In this document: in pieces, positions 1 to 9,628 of the stretch
How the letters are laid out: each line of letters starts with the position of its first letter
How positions within the stretch are numbered: position 1 is the stretch's first letter
Virus record (IMG/VR): IMGVR_UViG_2565956708_000008
Strand: one strand, 5' to 3'
Source: a virus
Taxonomy: Duplodnaviria > Heunggongvirae > Uroviricota > Caudoviricetes
DNA: 27,624 nt
Translations under genes and position numbers: made by a program
The notes under the pieces: model-generated
The model's database searches: none
The model's input: only the letters and a program-made list of their open reading frames with translations
What the model was told of the DNA's origin: nothing

Positions 1-1
1 C

Positions 2-95
2 GTTGACGGACTTCGGGGGAAAAACGAGTATTTTTAGTCATCCTGTTTACCTCTTTCTCAGGAAGTTTAGTCTCCAGGATTCCCGGGGCGGTTCA
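2..95 (-). mobile_element. IS3-family insertion sequence, left end (terminal inverted repeat plus start of orfA reading leftwards out of the window)
   Basis: Positions 2..95 are the exact reverse complement of 27531..27624. The element end is TGAACCGCCCCGGG... and the minus-strand ATG at 41 opens MTKNTRFSPEVRQ, which I recall as an IS629/IS1203-type OrfA N-terminus. Confidence 0.7.
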
Positions 96-304
96 ATACG
101 TTGATCTTGTTTGTATATGACCCGGATTGCTACATAAATAATCCTTTGGGCGTGAAAACCGATCTGGAATCTAAAGACGCGGAAGGAAAAGTGAAGGTTG
201 TTATTGCGCAGTTCTGACACGCTTAAGTGTCACCTTACAGGATTAGGTTTGCGGCCGTGCCAGCAGGACGAGCATGAAAAAGGCCGCTGGCACGGCCGGA
301 TTTG

Positions 305-598
305 TCATCTTTGCCAGGTCAAATCAAAATCTACGTGAAAATCCGCAGGCTTAAGCTCGCAACTGCCACCACGCCCAATTAACGACGTTATGTTTACAAC
401 GTTTGAACCTGTTGAGATGGCAAGTTGAGTGTCATCTGTAAACGTGATGATTAGCATTTCAGTCTGATGAACCTGTACTCCAGTTTTCTGAAAACCAATC
501 TGGACAGATTTCACCGTTTTCCCAACCATTTCACGGGCTTGATTGATAGAGTAATTAGCTTCAACTTGTAGGTCATTCCTGAACTTGGGTAGTGTCAT
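305..598 (-). CDS. hypothetical protein, 97 aa, no recognisable motif
   Basis: ORF from the six-frame track; same strand as and downstream of the GIY-YIG gene; followed by a 12-bp perfect-stem hairpin at 253..297. Confidence 0.45.
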   Translation of the reverse strand: MTLPKFRNDLQVEANYSINQAREMVGKTVKSVQIGFQKTGVQVHQTEMLIITFTDDTQLAISTGSNVVNITSLIGRGGSCELKPADFHVDFDLTWQR

Positions 599-808
599 TT
601 TACATCCTCTTTAGTGAAGTTTTCGCTATTTAAATCAGCAGCATTCCTTTTAAATCACTGGCATGTCAGCAGTGGATAGTCTGAGTGTAACGTCCAGTGA
701 GGGGAATAAATATTGGTCAGACTTTGCACAAAAGAGCCAACTATCGCGGGCTCTCTCTCATCATGTGCGAAAATTGACCACAATATGAAATCCAGTTCCA
801 TTCCGAAA

Positions 809-1633
<825 letters not shown>

Positions 1634-1742
1634 TCAATTGACAACTTATAATCCCTACTAGTTAGCATTATGATTTCCAGAGTGAGGAATATAAAAATCT
1701 CTGTTTCTGGCACATAACAGCCCTTAAGATCGTAGCTCGCCA

Positions 1743-1789
1743 TCATGGGGTGTCGGGGGGCGGAGGTTCAAATCCTCTCGTGCCGACCA
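1743..1789 (+). other. 3' fragment of tRNA-Pro (T-arm, acceptor 3' strand, CCA); probable att core repeat, not a complete tRNA gene
   Basis: TCATGGGGTGTCGGGGGGCGGAGGTTCAAATCCTCTCGTGCCGACCA matches the 3' ~47 nt of enterobacterial tRNA-Pro(GGG) as I recall it, with one mismatch. The 30 nt upstream do not match the tRNA 5' half. Confidence 0.6.
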
Positions 1790-1803
1790 AAAATCCCTTA
1801 AGA

Positions 1804-1829
1804 ACCAGCCTATTATGGCTGGTTTTTTT
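1804..1829 (+). terminator. rho-independent terminator directly after the tRNA-Pro fragment
   Basis: Stem ACCAGCC / GGCTGGT with loop TATTAT, followed by a run of seven T. Confidence 0.65.
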
Positions 1830-1969
1830 ATGATTGTTTTTTATGCGGAGAAATACCGGGGAATAATTGGGGTAAAACACCTTTAGGCTATTCACTTAGC
1901 CTACCACCATCAAAATCTTTCCGAATGTATCCATCTCTTTTTTCTTATGCAGCTAAAACGAAGTCTTGA

Positions 1970-2017
1970 TACTGTTTATTTACACAGATAAGAATAATAC
2001 TGTCTACAAACGCAGTA
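1970..2017. promoter_or_regulatory. two tandem LexA (SOS) boxes upstream of the DinI-like gene
   Basis: Box 1 at 1970..1989 is TACTGTTTATTTACACAGAT (CTGT-N8-ACAG). Box 2 at 1998..2017 is TACTGTCTACAAACGCAGTA (CTGT-N8-GCAG, one mismatch). Confidence 0.55.
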
Positions 2018-2030
2018 CAAAAGAAGTGTT

Positions 2031-2209
2031 ATGCGTATTGAGATCTCCATAGCCAAAGACAAAATGACCAAATGCCAAACGGCGCTGTGGACGCGTTAAA
2101 GGAAGAATTAACCCAACACATTGGCAAGCGTTATGACGATGTGGAGATGATCGTAAAAGCCACCAGCAACGATAGTTTTTCAGTTAGACATACTGCAGAT
2201 AAAGATTGA
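2031..2209 (+). pseudogene. DinI-like protein, frameshifted
   Basis: Frame 1 gives [14 protein letters not shown] then a stop. The next frame continues (M)[44 protein letters not shown]. Together these align to DinI (MRIEVTIAKTSPLPAGAIDALAGEL...) as I remember it. The shift lies near 2066..2074. Confidence 0.5.
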
Positions 2210-2573
2210 GCTAAAACTTTCGTTCAGGAAACTCTGAATGATACCTGAGAGTCTACTGAAGAGTTGTTTGTTCACTAGTTAGCACGTAGGAAATCATTCA
2301 ATACTCGCACTATCGGAAGTTCACCAGCCAGTCGTAGCACGTCCTTGCAAACGACGTGCCTACGGTTTCAATCACCTCTCACCATCAATTCTATCAATAA
2401 TAATTAAACAGCGCCTAGACAAAATAAATAACAACAAGTCAACAACCTCGACAGGATGCCGATGGGATGATGAAGAGATAAGAAAGAATAACCAGTAAAG
2501 CCCTAAAACGTCAGCGTTCAGACGCGTTTTTTACTTAATCGGTAACAAATACGTTGTATCATAGCAAAATAAA

Positions 2574-4523
2574 ATGATTGTTCTAAATCAGATTAACTCC
2601 TCACTTTTGTACAATGTCGCTTACAGGTATACCATGAAATCCGAGACGCTAACTGTCCAACAACTTTTTCAAGACCGCCGACAATACTGTGTTCCATTCT
2701 ATCAACGTGCCTATGTATGGACTCAGCAAGACCAGTGGTCAGCTCTACTGGAGGATATCCTAGAGAAAGTACAATCCCGGCTCTCGGGTACAAAACCAAC
2801 TCCCCATTTCCTTGGTGCGGTTGTACTGGAACCTCAATCAAAAAAAGGATTATTAGGTGTAGATTCCATACATATTATTGATGGTCAGCAACGATTGACC
2901 ACTCTTCAATATGTTCTGGCATCCATCCGATTAGCATTACGTGCTACGGATCTTTCCAGCTTAGAGGCTCTCATTTCGCCTTGCCTGAAAAACTCAAACG
3001 AAGACACAATGCGAAATAAAGAAGTAGAACGCTTCAAACTGTGGCCAACTTTTCGGGATCAAACTCATTTTATTCAAAGTTTTAATGTTGAAAATATTGA
3101 CGATCTCCGGGACGTATTCTCTGATAGTTTCACGCAGCATGGTACGTTGCGTAAGCATTTTAATCACCCGCCATCACTAGAAGCATTATGTTTTTTTACT
3201 GAAGCCTTTATAAAATGGATTAAAATAGAAAACCACTCACCACAAGAAAATGCTGTAGCTCTAATTGAGGCTGTCTTAACAGATCTGAAACTGGTAAGCA
3301 TATTTCTCGAAGCTGAAGATGATGCCCAAATAATTTTTGAAACATTAAATGGGCGAGGGGCGGAACTTCATGCTACGGATCTTATTCGCAACTATATCTT
3401 TATGTGCGCTGAGCATGAAAATATTAATGCTATTGAATTATATGAAAATGAGTGGAAGAGCTTTGAAGATAAATACTGGTCGGAAAAACAACGCCGTGGA
3501 CGTATTAATAAACCACGCATGGAGTGGCTAGTACATGCGACATTGCAATCAGAAAGGCAACGTGAAATTGATCTGTCTCGCCTTTACAATGAGTATCGTG
3601 ATTATGTAAGTAAGGACTTGTCTTCACAACGAGCAGATCTGCAAGTAAAGCGCCTCAAACAATATGCATCACAATATAAAGAATTGGTTGATGGTTTTGG
3701 CACAACCCCCATCTCACACTTTGGATATCGCATCGCAGACTATGATGTGACGACACTTTATCCGCTTGCTTTGTTCATTTCGATAGCTAACATCGCTGAT
3801 GATGAGAAAGCAGCCATGTATAATGATCTTGTCTCCTACGTAGTACGAAGAGCCGTATGTGGCCTGACGCCAAAGAATTACAACAATGTATTTATGAATG
3901 TATTGCGGCACTTGGCTAAAACGGAAATTTCCAGTGTTGAGTTACGTAATATCCTCAATAACTTAAATGGCGAAGCCTCACGTTGGCCTGGTGACTCAGA
4001 ATTTCTCAACGCTTGCATCAATGCTCCACTTTATCCTGGCAGGCTCGACGCACCGAAAATGCGCTCAATGTTAACGGAACTTGAAAGAGAACTTTGTCGC
4101 CAAGTAAAGACAGAAAAGCCTGATGTTCCAAATCTTTCTAATCTCGATATCGATCATCTTATGCCTCAAAGTTGGTATTCCTGTTGGCCTCTCGAAAATG
4201 GTCGTATGGTGACAAATTCAGATGCTACGGTATTGAACCAAATTGTTCTGTCTGGAACCGATCTTACCCCTGAACAGCTACTGGTAAGGAAACGGCAACA
4301 AGCGATATCTACTTTGGGAAATCTAACTTTGCTTAACCTTAGCGTAAACCGTTCTGTTCAGAATGCTGTATTTCTGAAAAAACGTGATGCTCTCATCGTC
4401 CACACCAATCTACGACTGAACATTCCACTTATAGTTAAGGATAAATGGGATGAGGATGAAATCCTGGAGCGGGGTAAAAAGTTGGGGGAAATTGCATTGA
4501 AAGTATGGCCAAAACACGATTAA
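2574..4523 (+). CDS. GmrSD-like type IV restriction / defence protein (N-terminal DUF262 domain, C-terminal DUF1524 His-Me finger nuclease domain)
   Basis: N-terminal FYQRAYVWT and IIDGQQRLTTLQYVL (DGQQR signature of DUF262). C-terminal DIDHLMPQSW with downstream LGNLTLLNLSVNRSVQN. The start is more likely the internal ATG at 2634 (MKSETLTVQQLF...), which has an AGG 9 nt upstream. Confidence 0.8.
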   Translation: MIVLNQINSSLLYNVAYRYTMKSETLTVQQLFQDRRQYCVPFYQRAYVWTQQDQWSALLEDILEKVQSRLSGTKPTPHFLGAVVLEPQSKKGLLGVDSIHIIDGQQRLTTLQYVLASIRLALRATDLSSLEALISPCLKNSNEDTMRNKEVERFKLWPTFRDQTHFIQSFNVENIDDLRDVFSDSFTQHGTLRKHFNHPPSLEALCFFTEAFIKWIKIENHSPQENAVALIEAVLTDLKLVSIFLEAEDDAQIIFETLNGRGAELHATDLIRNYIFMCAEHENINAIELYENEWKSFEDKYWSEKQRRGRINKPRMEWLVHATLQSERQREIDLSRLYNEYRDYVSKDLSSQRADLQVKRLKQYASQYKELVDGFGTTPISHFGYRIADYDVTTLYPLALFISIANIADDEKAAMYNDLVSYVVRRAVCGLTPKNYNNVFMNVLRHLAKTEISSVELRNILNNLNGEASRWPGDSEFLNACINAPLYPGRLDAPKMRSMLTELERELCRQVKTEKPDVPNLSNLDIDHLMPQSWYSCWPLENGRMVTNSDATVLNQIVLSGTDLTPEQLLVRKRQQAISTLGNLTLLNLSVNRSVQNAVFLKKRDALIVHTNLRLNIPLIVKDKWDEDEILERGKKLGEIALKVWPKHD

Positions 4524-4547
4524 TGCAATTAATAAAATGATTATAGT

Positions 4548-4567
4548 GGCCTTACATTAGTAAGGCC
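4548..4567 (+). terminator. hairpin downstream of the GmrSD-like gene, possible terminator
   Basis: Stem GGCCTTAC / GTAAGGCC with loop ATTA; no clear T-run follows, so this is weak. Confidence 0.3.
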
Positions 4568-5644
4568 GCTACTCACTATTAAATACTTTAATTTGCATCA
4601 AGAACAGCAGTGTCAGCCCTAGGTCTCGGACTTTGTACCGCTTATCTTGTCTTCAAAAATCAGCTCGCATCCTGCACAGTTCAGCGCATTACGTTGTAGA
4701 TCTGTGTTCTGGTCATTTGTTGACACACGTACATAGCCAATAAGCATGGTAGATCTCCCTGACAAAAGCAGGAATGATGCCATTTGCTCGTTATTTCTGC
4801 ATTTTCATAAACGTTGGTTTGGGAGAAGGGGCAGCATGGCCTGTTGGTGAGGCTGAACAACAACCTCCAGACACGTCGCCCTCAAGCGGTCCTGGATGCA
4901 ACGGTAATGTTGTTATTGCTGAAGCTGACGCGGTACTGACACAGGTTGATACGGCAAATATATGCCCCGCATTACGTGTTAAGGGAATTCGTGGCAATGA
5001 TGATGCGCTCAGCGTTTCTAAAAAGTCTGATATGCCGTCAGCAAAAGAGCCATTTGTAGTTCCTATTTATGTGCTGGTAGCTATCATCCCGGTATCTTTG
5101 ACCGCTTAAGGTGGTGAATCTAGCGATACAGCAGGTTCTGGCTCGACCACTGTTAGCATTTCTGCCACTGTCGGTGGTAACAAGACCGTGGCGTGTACAG
5201 TGGCCGATACACTGATCGATACCTTTCCTTCAGACATCGCCTTTAACTCGATCGTGAGAGCAGGATAATGGATAACGCAGTATTAAATAGTGGCGTAAGT
5301 ACAAGTATTTCACTGCATAAAATGTTTTCTGAATATGATGGTGCAACAAGGGTTCATGTTGCCACTATAAGAGAATCTCGTGCCACTGGTGAGGGATTTC
5401 CGGCATTGCCTCCTCAGGGGAAACAAGTTGTACCTAAGGGTTCTGAACCTATATGATGGACTAATAATCCAACTCCTTCAAAATAGGTGGAAGAGCAGAG
5501 GGCTGAAATGAACTAAAAAACTTTAGCGTCAGAATCAAAAAACATCACCAAAACCCATGAGTACCCCGGCAATACAACCACTAGTCCCCTAATAAGCGAA
5601 TAACTTACGTAGGATGATTCGTGGCTGGAGTATCAGGCCGAAGT

Positions 5645-5916
5645 GCAGCAGAGCGACACTGTCTGTGCGGCAGAAGTACAGCGTCCGTCGCTTATTGATG
5701 CTCCGGTCAGATGCAATGCTCTGCTTTAGCGGAAATTGTTGGCGTGACCGCGGCAATGGCATGCAGAAAAGAGCTAACTCAACTCTTTTCTGCCTGCAAC
5801 TGATGCGGTCAGGGCAACAATTACAACTGAAGCGGAGGGAGGGATCTGACCGCAACTTCAAGCAGCGTATGACGCTCTATTTCTGCCGCACATGCTGTGT
5901 CGACATGCTCTGCTGC
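5645..5916. repeat. long imperfect palindrome of about 270 bp, two roughly 75 percent complementary arms around a perfect central hairpin
   Basis: GCAGCAGAGC at 5645..5654 is the reverse complement of 5907..5916, and the arms share blocks such as TGTGCGGCAGAA and GGTCAGAT. The central hairpin at 5763..5793 is GCAGAAAAGAG, loop CTAACTCAA, then CTCTTTTCTGC. Confidence 0.6.
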
Positions 5917-6287
5917 GTCCTGAGACACCAACTACGAATTATACTATGCAACGTCTTCGCTTTTTAGGCGAACAGTAGCTGTTTTTTCGGGCCACTGATC
6001 CGTTTTTGTGAATTTATTGAATTCTGAAACTACAGTGATTTTTACGATTTCACCCGTAAGCACCGCCACATCTTTCGAAGGAGGTAAGTTAACAGACCGT
6101 CAGGGACGTCAACCACCCTCAGCTCCAACTGCTGCCCCTAGTGGGTAAAAAGCCAGAAATCCATCACATGCTTCTATGTTTACATCAATAATGTCAACAG
6201 GAAGCCTTCTCGCACCATCATAGTCTTGAAACATTATTTGCAGAGCATATGTTTTAATACGTCGACAAATTAATACTGAGTTCACTA

Positions 6288-6485
6288 TTACCGTGCAATG
6301 ACGAAATATTTAACTGCAGTGTTTCGTGGAAGGGTTTCGATGAGGTGTTTGTCGACTTTACCCAACATGGAATGATTCTTACCGTCGGCAACAAAAATGC
6401 AACCCGCGGTCGCGTAAATCCCTGTTGAATTACTGAATATAGCACCATAGCCGCTCGTTGATCCCAAAAGGATAGCGCCCAGCAC
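6288..6485 (-). pseudogene. tail fibre distal segment, in frame with the upstream tail fibre gene but separated from it by an amber codon
   Basis: Same frame as 6486..7031 and continues immediately after TAG at 6486..6488; encodes GSTSGYGAIFSNSTGIYATAG, typical Gly/Ser/Thr-rich fibre sequence. Confidence 0.4.
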
Positions 6486-7031
6486 CTAAATAGTACCTAC
6501 AGAGGGCAATTTTGTTGAGAGCATATAAGACTTATAATCACCGCCGCTGGCATCAGCCCAACCAGTCATTCCATCCACCGGTAATTGACCCCATATATTT
6601 GCAGGAACAGTCTGAGCCATTTGCGCGTCAGGTTGACCAATCAAAACATCTCCGTTGCCTTTCGTCAACGTTGATAACGACGTGGCAGAGATTCGTGTTT
6701 CCGGCACGCCCACAGTTCGTTTTGCGGCTTCTCCCAAACCAAGGTTTTCGAGAGCCGTTTTCACCGTGCCGTCCGATTTGATATCGCTAAACGGATTCTT
6801 GCGGCTTAACAGCAGCGCACGAAGCGCGGTAAGCAGCTGGTCGTGCCGCGCCTTCTCCAGACTGGCACCGGATGCCTCCACCACGCTGCAGAGTTCTTCC
6901 TGCAACATGTCAAAGTAGTCATCATCCAGATCGGTGGCAGGCGTGCCTGTCTGGGGGTTACCACGGGTAAAACCGTTCTTACCCGCGCCGAACTTATCCT
7001 TCTGCGCGGTTTTCGTGTCTATACGATGCAT
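6486..7031 (-). CDS. tail fibre protein, N-terminal (constant) part; apparently truncated by an in-frame TAG
   Basis: Position directly after the baseplate genes; Mu S / e14 StfP-like N-terminus ([21 protein letters not shown]...) by recollection. Confidence 0.6.
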   Translation of the reverse strand: MHRIDTKTAQKDKFGAGKNGFTRGNPQTGTPATDLDDDYFDMLQEELCSVVEASGASLEKARHDQLLTALRALLLSRKNPFSDIKSDGTVKTALENLGLGEAAKRTVGVPETRISATSLSTLTKGNGDVLIGQPDAQMAQTVPANIWGQLPVDGMTGWADASGGDYKSYMLSTKLPSVGTI

Positions 7032-7034
7032 GGA

Positions 7035-7619
7035 TTACTCCGGATATTTAAAAATTACGTAGGTATGCGAAGGGCAGAGTTTGTTAAGCACACATTCGAC
7101 GACGGTGTCGCCCCAGATACGCAGCGCGGAATCACAGGGATCGCCACATGTCATCCAGGTGCTGTTGGTGGCGGCTGGCATGTTGACCTGCCAGTAATAC
7201 CGCCATTCCGGCGCATTCACCGCGTCAGTACAGGCCGATGAGCAGGTGAACGTGCTTTTGTCGTATCGCGTGATGGTGGCGTCTGGTCTGCCCAGGGCAG
7301 CAAGCTGTGCAAGGTAAAAATCCTCATTGATGCCGCCCGCCAGGTTAACCTTCGCATCCAGTCGTTGCTGACGCTGGCGAAGGGTCTGTGTTCCTGCGGG
7401 AATACATTCATCCGGCAGGCCGCACAGACGCTCCCAGCGATTTATCAGTTCGGTGGTGGTGCGCGGATCCAGCTCCCGCATCAGGGCATCCGCACGCTGA
7501 TGAACGCGGGTTAATGACTGTGCCGCACCGGCAATCGCCGGATCGCTGGCTGACCACGCCGGACCGGGCGGCAGCAGTGCCGACAACAGACGGATGTAAT
7601 CATCGTTTGTCACGCCCAT
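7035..7619 (-). CDS. tail protein, Mu gp48 / YmfQ-like (DUF2313)
   Basis: 194 aa, the same length as e14 YmfQ; sits between the baseplate J-like gene and the tail fibre gene. Confidence 0.55.
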   Translation of the reverse strand: MGVTNDDYIRLLSALLPPGPAWSASDPAIAGAAQSLTRVHQRADALMRELDPRTTTELINRWERLCGLPDECIPAGTQTLRQRQQRLDAKVNLAGGINEDFYLAQLAALGRPDATITRYDKSTFTCSSACTDAVNAPEWRYYWQVNMPAATNSTWMTCGDPCDSALRIWGDTVVECVLNKLCPSHTYVIFKYPE

Positions 7620-8668
7620 GAAATCGTCCCCAGAACCGCCAGTTCATTTTTTGCAATGGAGATATTTTCCGCCGGTGCAAGCAATTGATGGCTGTATTCC
7701 CCGTTCGCACCGGAAATCGCTTCACTGATACGCGACACCTTCAGTTCTCCCTGCGGATAACCATCACGCAGCAGGAACGAACGCAACTCCGCGGTGATGG
7801 CAGCCCGTATTTCCGGTGTATCCGGCGTCACACGGATATGAAAATCCACCGTATGCGCCACCGGCCTGAACACATACAAATCAGAGCCTGCCACCGGGGC
7901 CAGTGGCCCGATATGTTGTCTTGCCGCCGTTTCCGTTGATTCTTCCGGAATGGGATTAATCAGGTCACTGCTGGCAATCATCACACCGACAGTCCCCGTT
8001 CCCATCCAGTGACGGTATGCCCATGCGCGGGTAATGCCGGGCAATTCTTTAGCCCAGACAACATAGTCCCCGTCAGCCCCGCCCTGAGGCGTCCAGTAAT
8101 ACCGCTCAATGACGCGGGCGCGCCACGTTTCCAGCTCTTCAGTATCAAATCCACCTGTCAGAGTGTCTGCCACGCCGGAAGACGGCAGACCATTAACCGG
8201 CGTGACCAGGATTAATGACGTACCGTCGTCAGCGTTACCGACCGCGCCTGCACTTGAGCAGGCGATCGGCACGCGCAGGACACCACCGGCGCTGGTTGCA
8301 TCGGCAGTTGCCGTGTACTGAATCAGGTCATCGCGCTGAATAACACTCCCGGCGGTCACCTTCAGGCCATCGCTGACGCCTTCCCAGCGCATATACCCGC
8401 TGGCAGTCGTGGCCCCCTTGCGCGGACACCGTTTCATCGCAGCATGTCGCGCCAGCCAGGACTCATCGCACAGGTCAGGCAGCATGTTCATTGCCAGATA
8501 ATCGATGTACCCGTAAACCGTATGCAGCGCCGCCGCATACACCTTTGCCCGCACGTCTTCATCCATGCGCCGGAGCGTGTCGCTGACGTCCAGCCTGGCG
8601 AATAAATCGTTACGGAGCATACTGATATTTTCTGCCAGCGTCGGGCGCTGAAATTCACTGTCCGCCAT
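7610..8668 (-). CDS. baseplate J-like protein (Mu gp47-like)
   Basis: 352-aa ORF overlapping its neighbours in a translationally coupled baseplate block; size and position fit baseplate J. Confidence 0.65.
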   Translation of the reverse strand: MADSEFQRPTLAENISMLRNDLFARLDVSDTLRRMDEDVRAKVYAAALHTVYGYIDYLAMNMLPDLCDESWLARHAAMKRCPRKGATTASGYMRWEGVSDGLKVTAGSVIQRDDLIQYTATADATSAGGVLRVPIACSSAGAVGNADDGTSLILVTPVNGLPSSGVADTLTGGFDTEELETWRARVIERYYWTPQGGADGDYVVWAKELPGITRAWAYRHWMGTGTVGVMIASSDLINPIPEESTETAARQHIGPLAPVAGSDLYVFRPVAHTVDFHIRVTPDTPEIRAAITAELRSFLLRDGYPQGELKVSRISEAISGANGEYSHQLLAPAENISIAKNELAVLGTISWA

Positions 8669-9083
8669 GCGTTATCGCACTCCACAGATCATCTAAAGAA
8701 ATCATTACCGGTCCGTCACGACGCCAGAGAGTGATACTGTTACCCAGTTCATTAATCCCGGTGCGGAGGATATCCAGATCAATACGGGACACCACGCCGT
8801 CATCAATCATCCATTGCAGGCATTCGCGGATATACCCCCTTACCGTCTGCACCAGCTGATTGGTCAGTTTGCTGCGCTGAAGCAGCCACAGTCGGGAGCC
8901 GTAACGGTCATTCTGTACCGCAGGCCAGGTATCCCCCCACCATCCCATCGGGACGTCGGCGTTGTCATCAGGCTCCGCCCGCCGCCAGGTAAACAGGGAA
9001 ATCACCACGGCGCGGGTCAGCGGATCCAGCGGTGCGCTGGCGCAGGTGCGTTTACCGTTCACCGTCAGCCACAGTTCCATCAT
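8655..9083 (-). CDS. baseplate protein, Mu gp46-like / GPW-gp25 family
   Basis: 142 aa, between the spike-like and J-like genes; overlapping start and stop with both neighbours. Confidence 0.55.
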   Translation of the reverse strand: MMELWLTVNGKRTCASAPLDPLTRAVVISLFTWRRAEPDDNADVPMGWWGDTWPAVQNDRYGSRLWLLQRSKLTNQLVQTVRGYIRECLQWMIDDGVVSRIDLDILRTGINELGNSITLWRRDGPVMISLDDLWSAITHGGQ

Positions 9084-9628
9084 GCCTCCATCGCTTTATC
9101 AGGTTTGTCGGTGTTACTGCCCTGACCGTTCTCTCTGTGACGATGCCCGTTATAGGCAAGCCGCATCGCTGACATGGTGGTGCCGCTGGAGTCGCACAGG
9201 TCTTTCACCTGTCCTGTCACTTCCAGGTCCATTTCAAAACGTGCTTCAGGTGCATTGCGAAACGTGATCGTTTTACCTGCACCGTCCACCACGATCCCCT
9301 CCCGGGTCAGCGTCACAGACTGCCCCTGATCGTCATAGACCGCCACCTCACCCGTCTGCAGCCCTTTCAGGCGGTAGCGCCGGTCCGACACCGTAACAAC
9401 CACCGCATGAGAACGGTCACCATCCGGAAACAACACCACCGCTTCCGCACCGCTGTTTGCCCTTGCGGTAAAACCGTAGGGTTCAAGATGTTCAACCCCG
9501 GCTTTGGGTTCACCGGCAATCAGGGACACATCCACGGTCTGACATTTCGTGGCGGCACTGATGCTTTTCACCACTGCCCGCCCAATCAGGCCGAGGAGTT
9601 GTCGCTGCATGGCTTCAATCGTACTCAT
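9080..9628 (-). CDS. baseplate assembly protein V / spike (Mu gp45-like)
   Basis: 182 aa; N-terminal LLGLIGRAVV pattern typical of gpV-like proteins; sits in the baseplate block. Confidence 0.6.
   Translation of the reverse strand: MSTIEAMQRQLLGLIGRAVVKSISAATKCQTVDVSLIAGEPKAGVEHLEPYGFTARANSGAEAVVLFPDGDRSHAVVVTVSDRRYRLKGLQTGEVAVYDDQGQSVTLTREGIVVDGAGKTITFRNAPEARFEMDLEVTGQVKDLCDSSGTTMSAMRLAYNGHRHRENGQGSNTDKPDKAMEA

Noticed and set aside
1743-1789. Complete tRNA-Pro gene
   Set aside because: Only the 3' ~47 nt match; the upstream 30 nt cannot form the acceptor 5' strand or D-arm of this tRNA.
2593-3911. Minus- and plus-strand small ORFs inside the GmrSD-like gene (2593..2841, 3349..3531, 3714..3911)
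   Set aside because: Nested in or antisense to a gene with strong domain signatures; no independent support.
5645-5916. Retron (msr/msd) interpretation of the palindrome
   Set aside because: No reverse transcriptase ORF and no YxDD-type motif anywhere in the window; kept only as something to check genome-wide, not claimed.
5589-5967. ORFs 5614..5967 (+) and 5589..5861 (-) as protein-coding genes
   Set aside because: They are mirror-image readings through the palindrome, are Cys/Arg-rich with no protein-like character, and share RTLYFCRT only because of DNA symmetry.
4570-6485. Intact invertible tail fibre segment with a Pin/Gin-type invertase
   Set aside because: No ORF of about 190 aa with a serine-recombinase N-terminus is present, and the fibre and assembly frames are broken; at most a decayed remnant.
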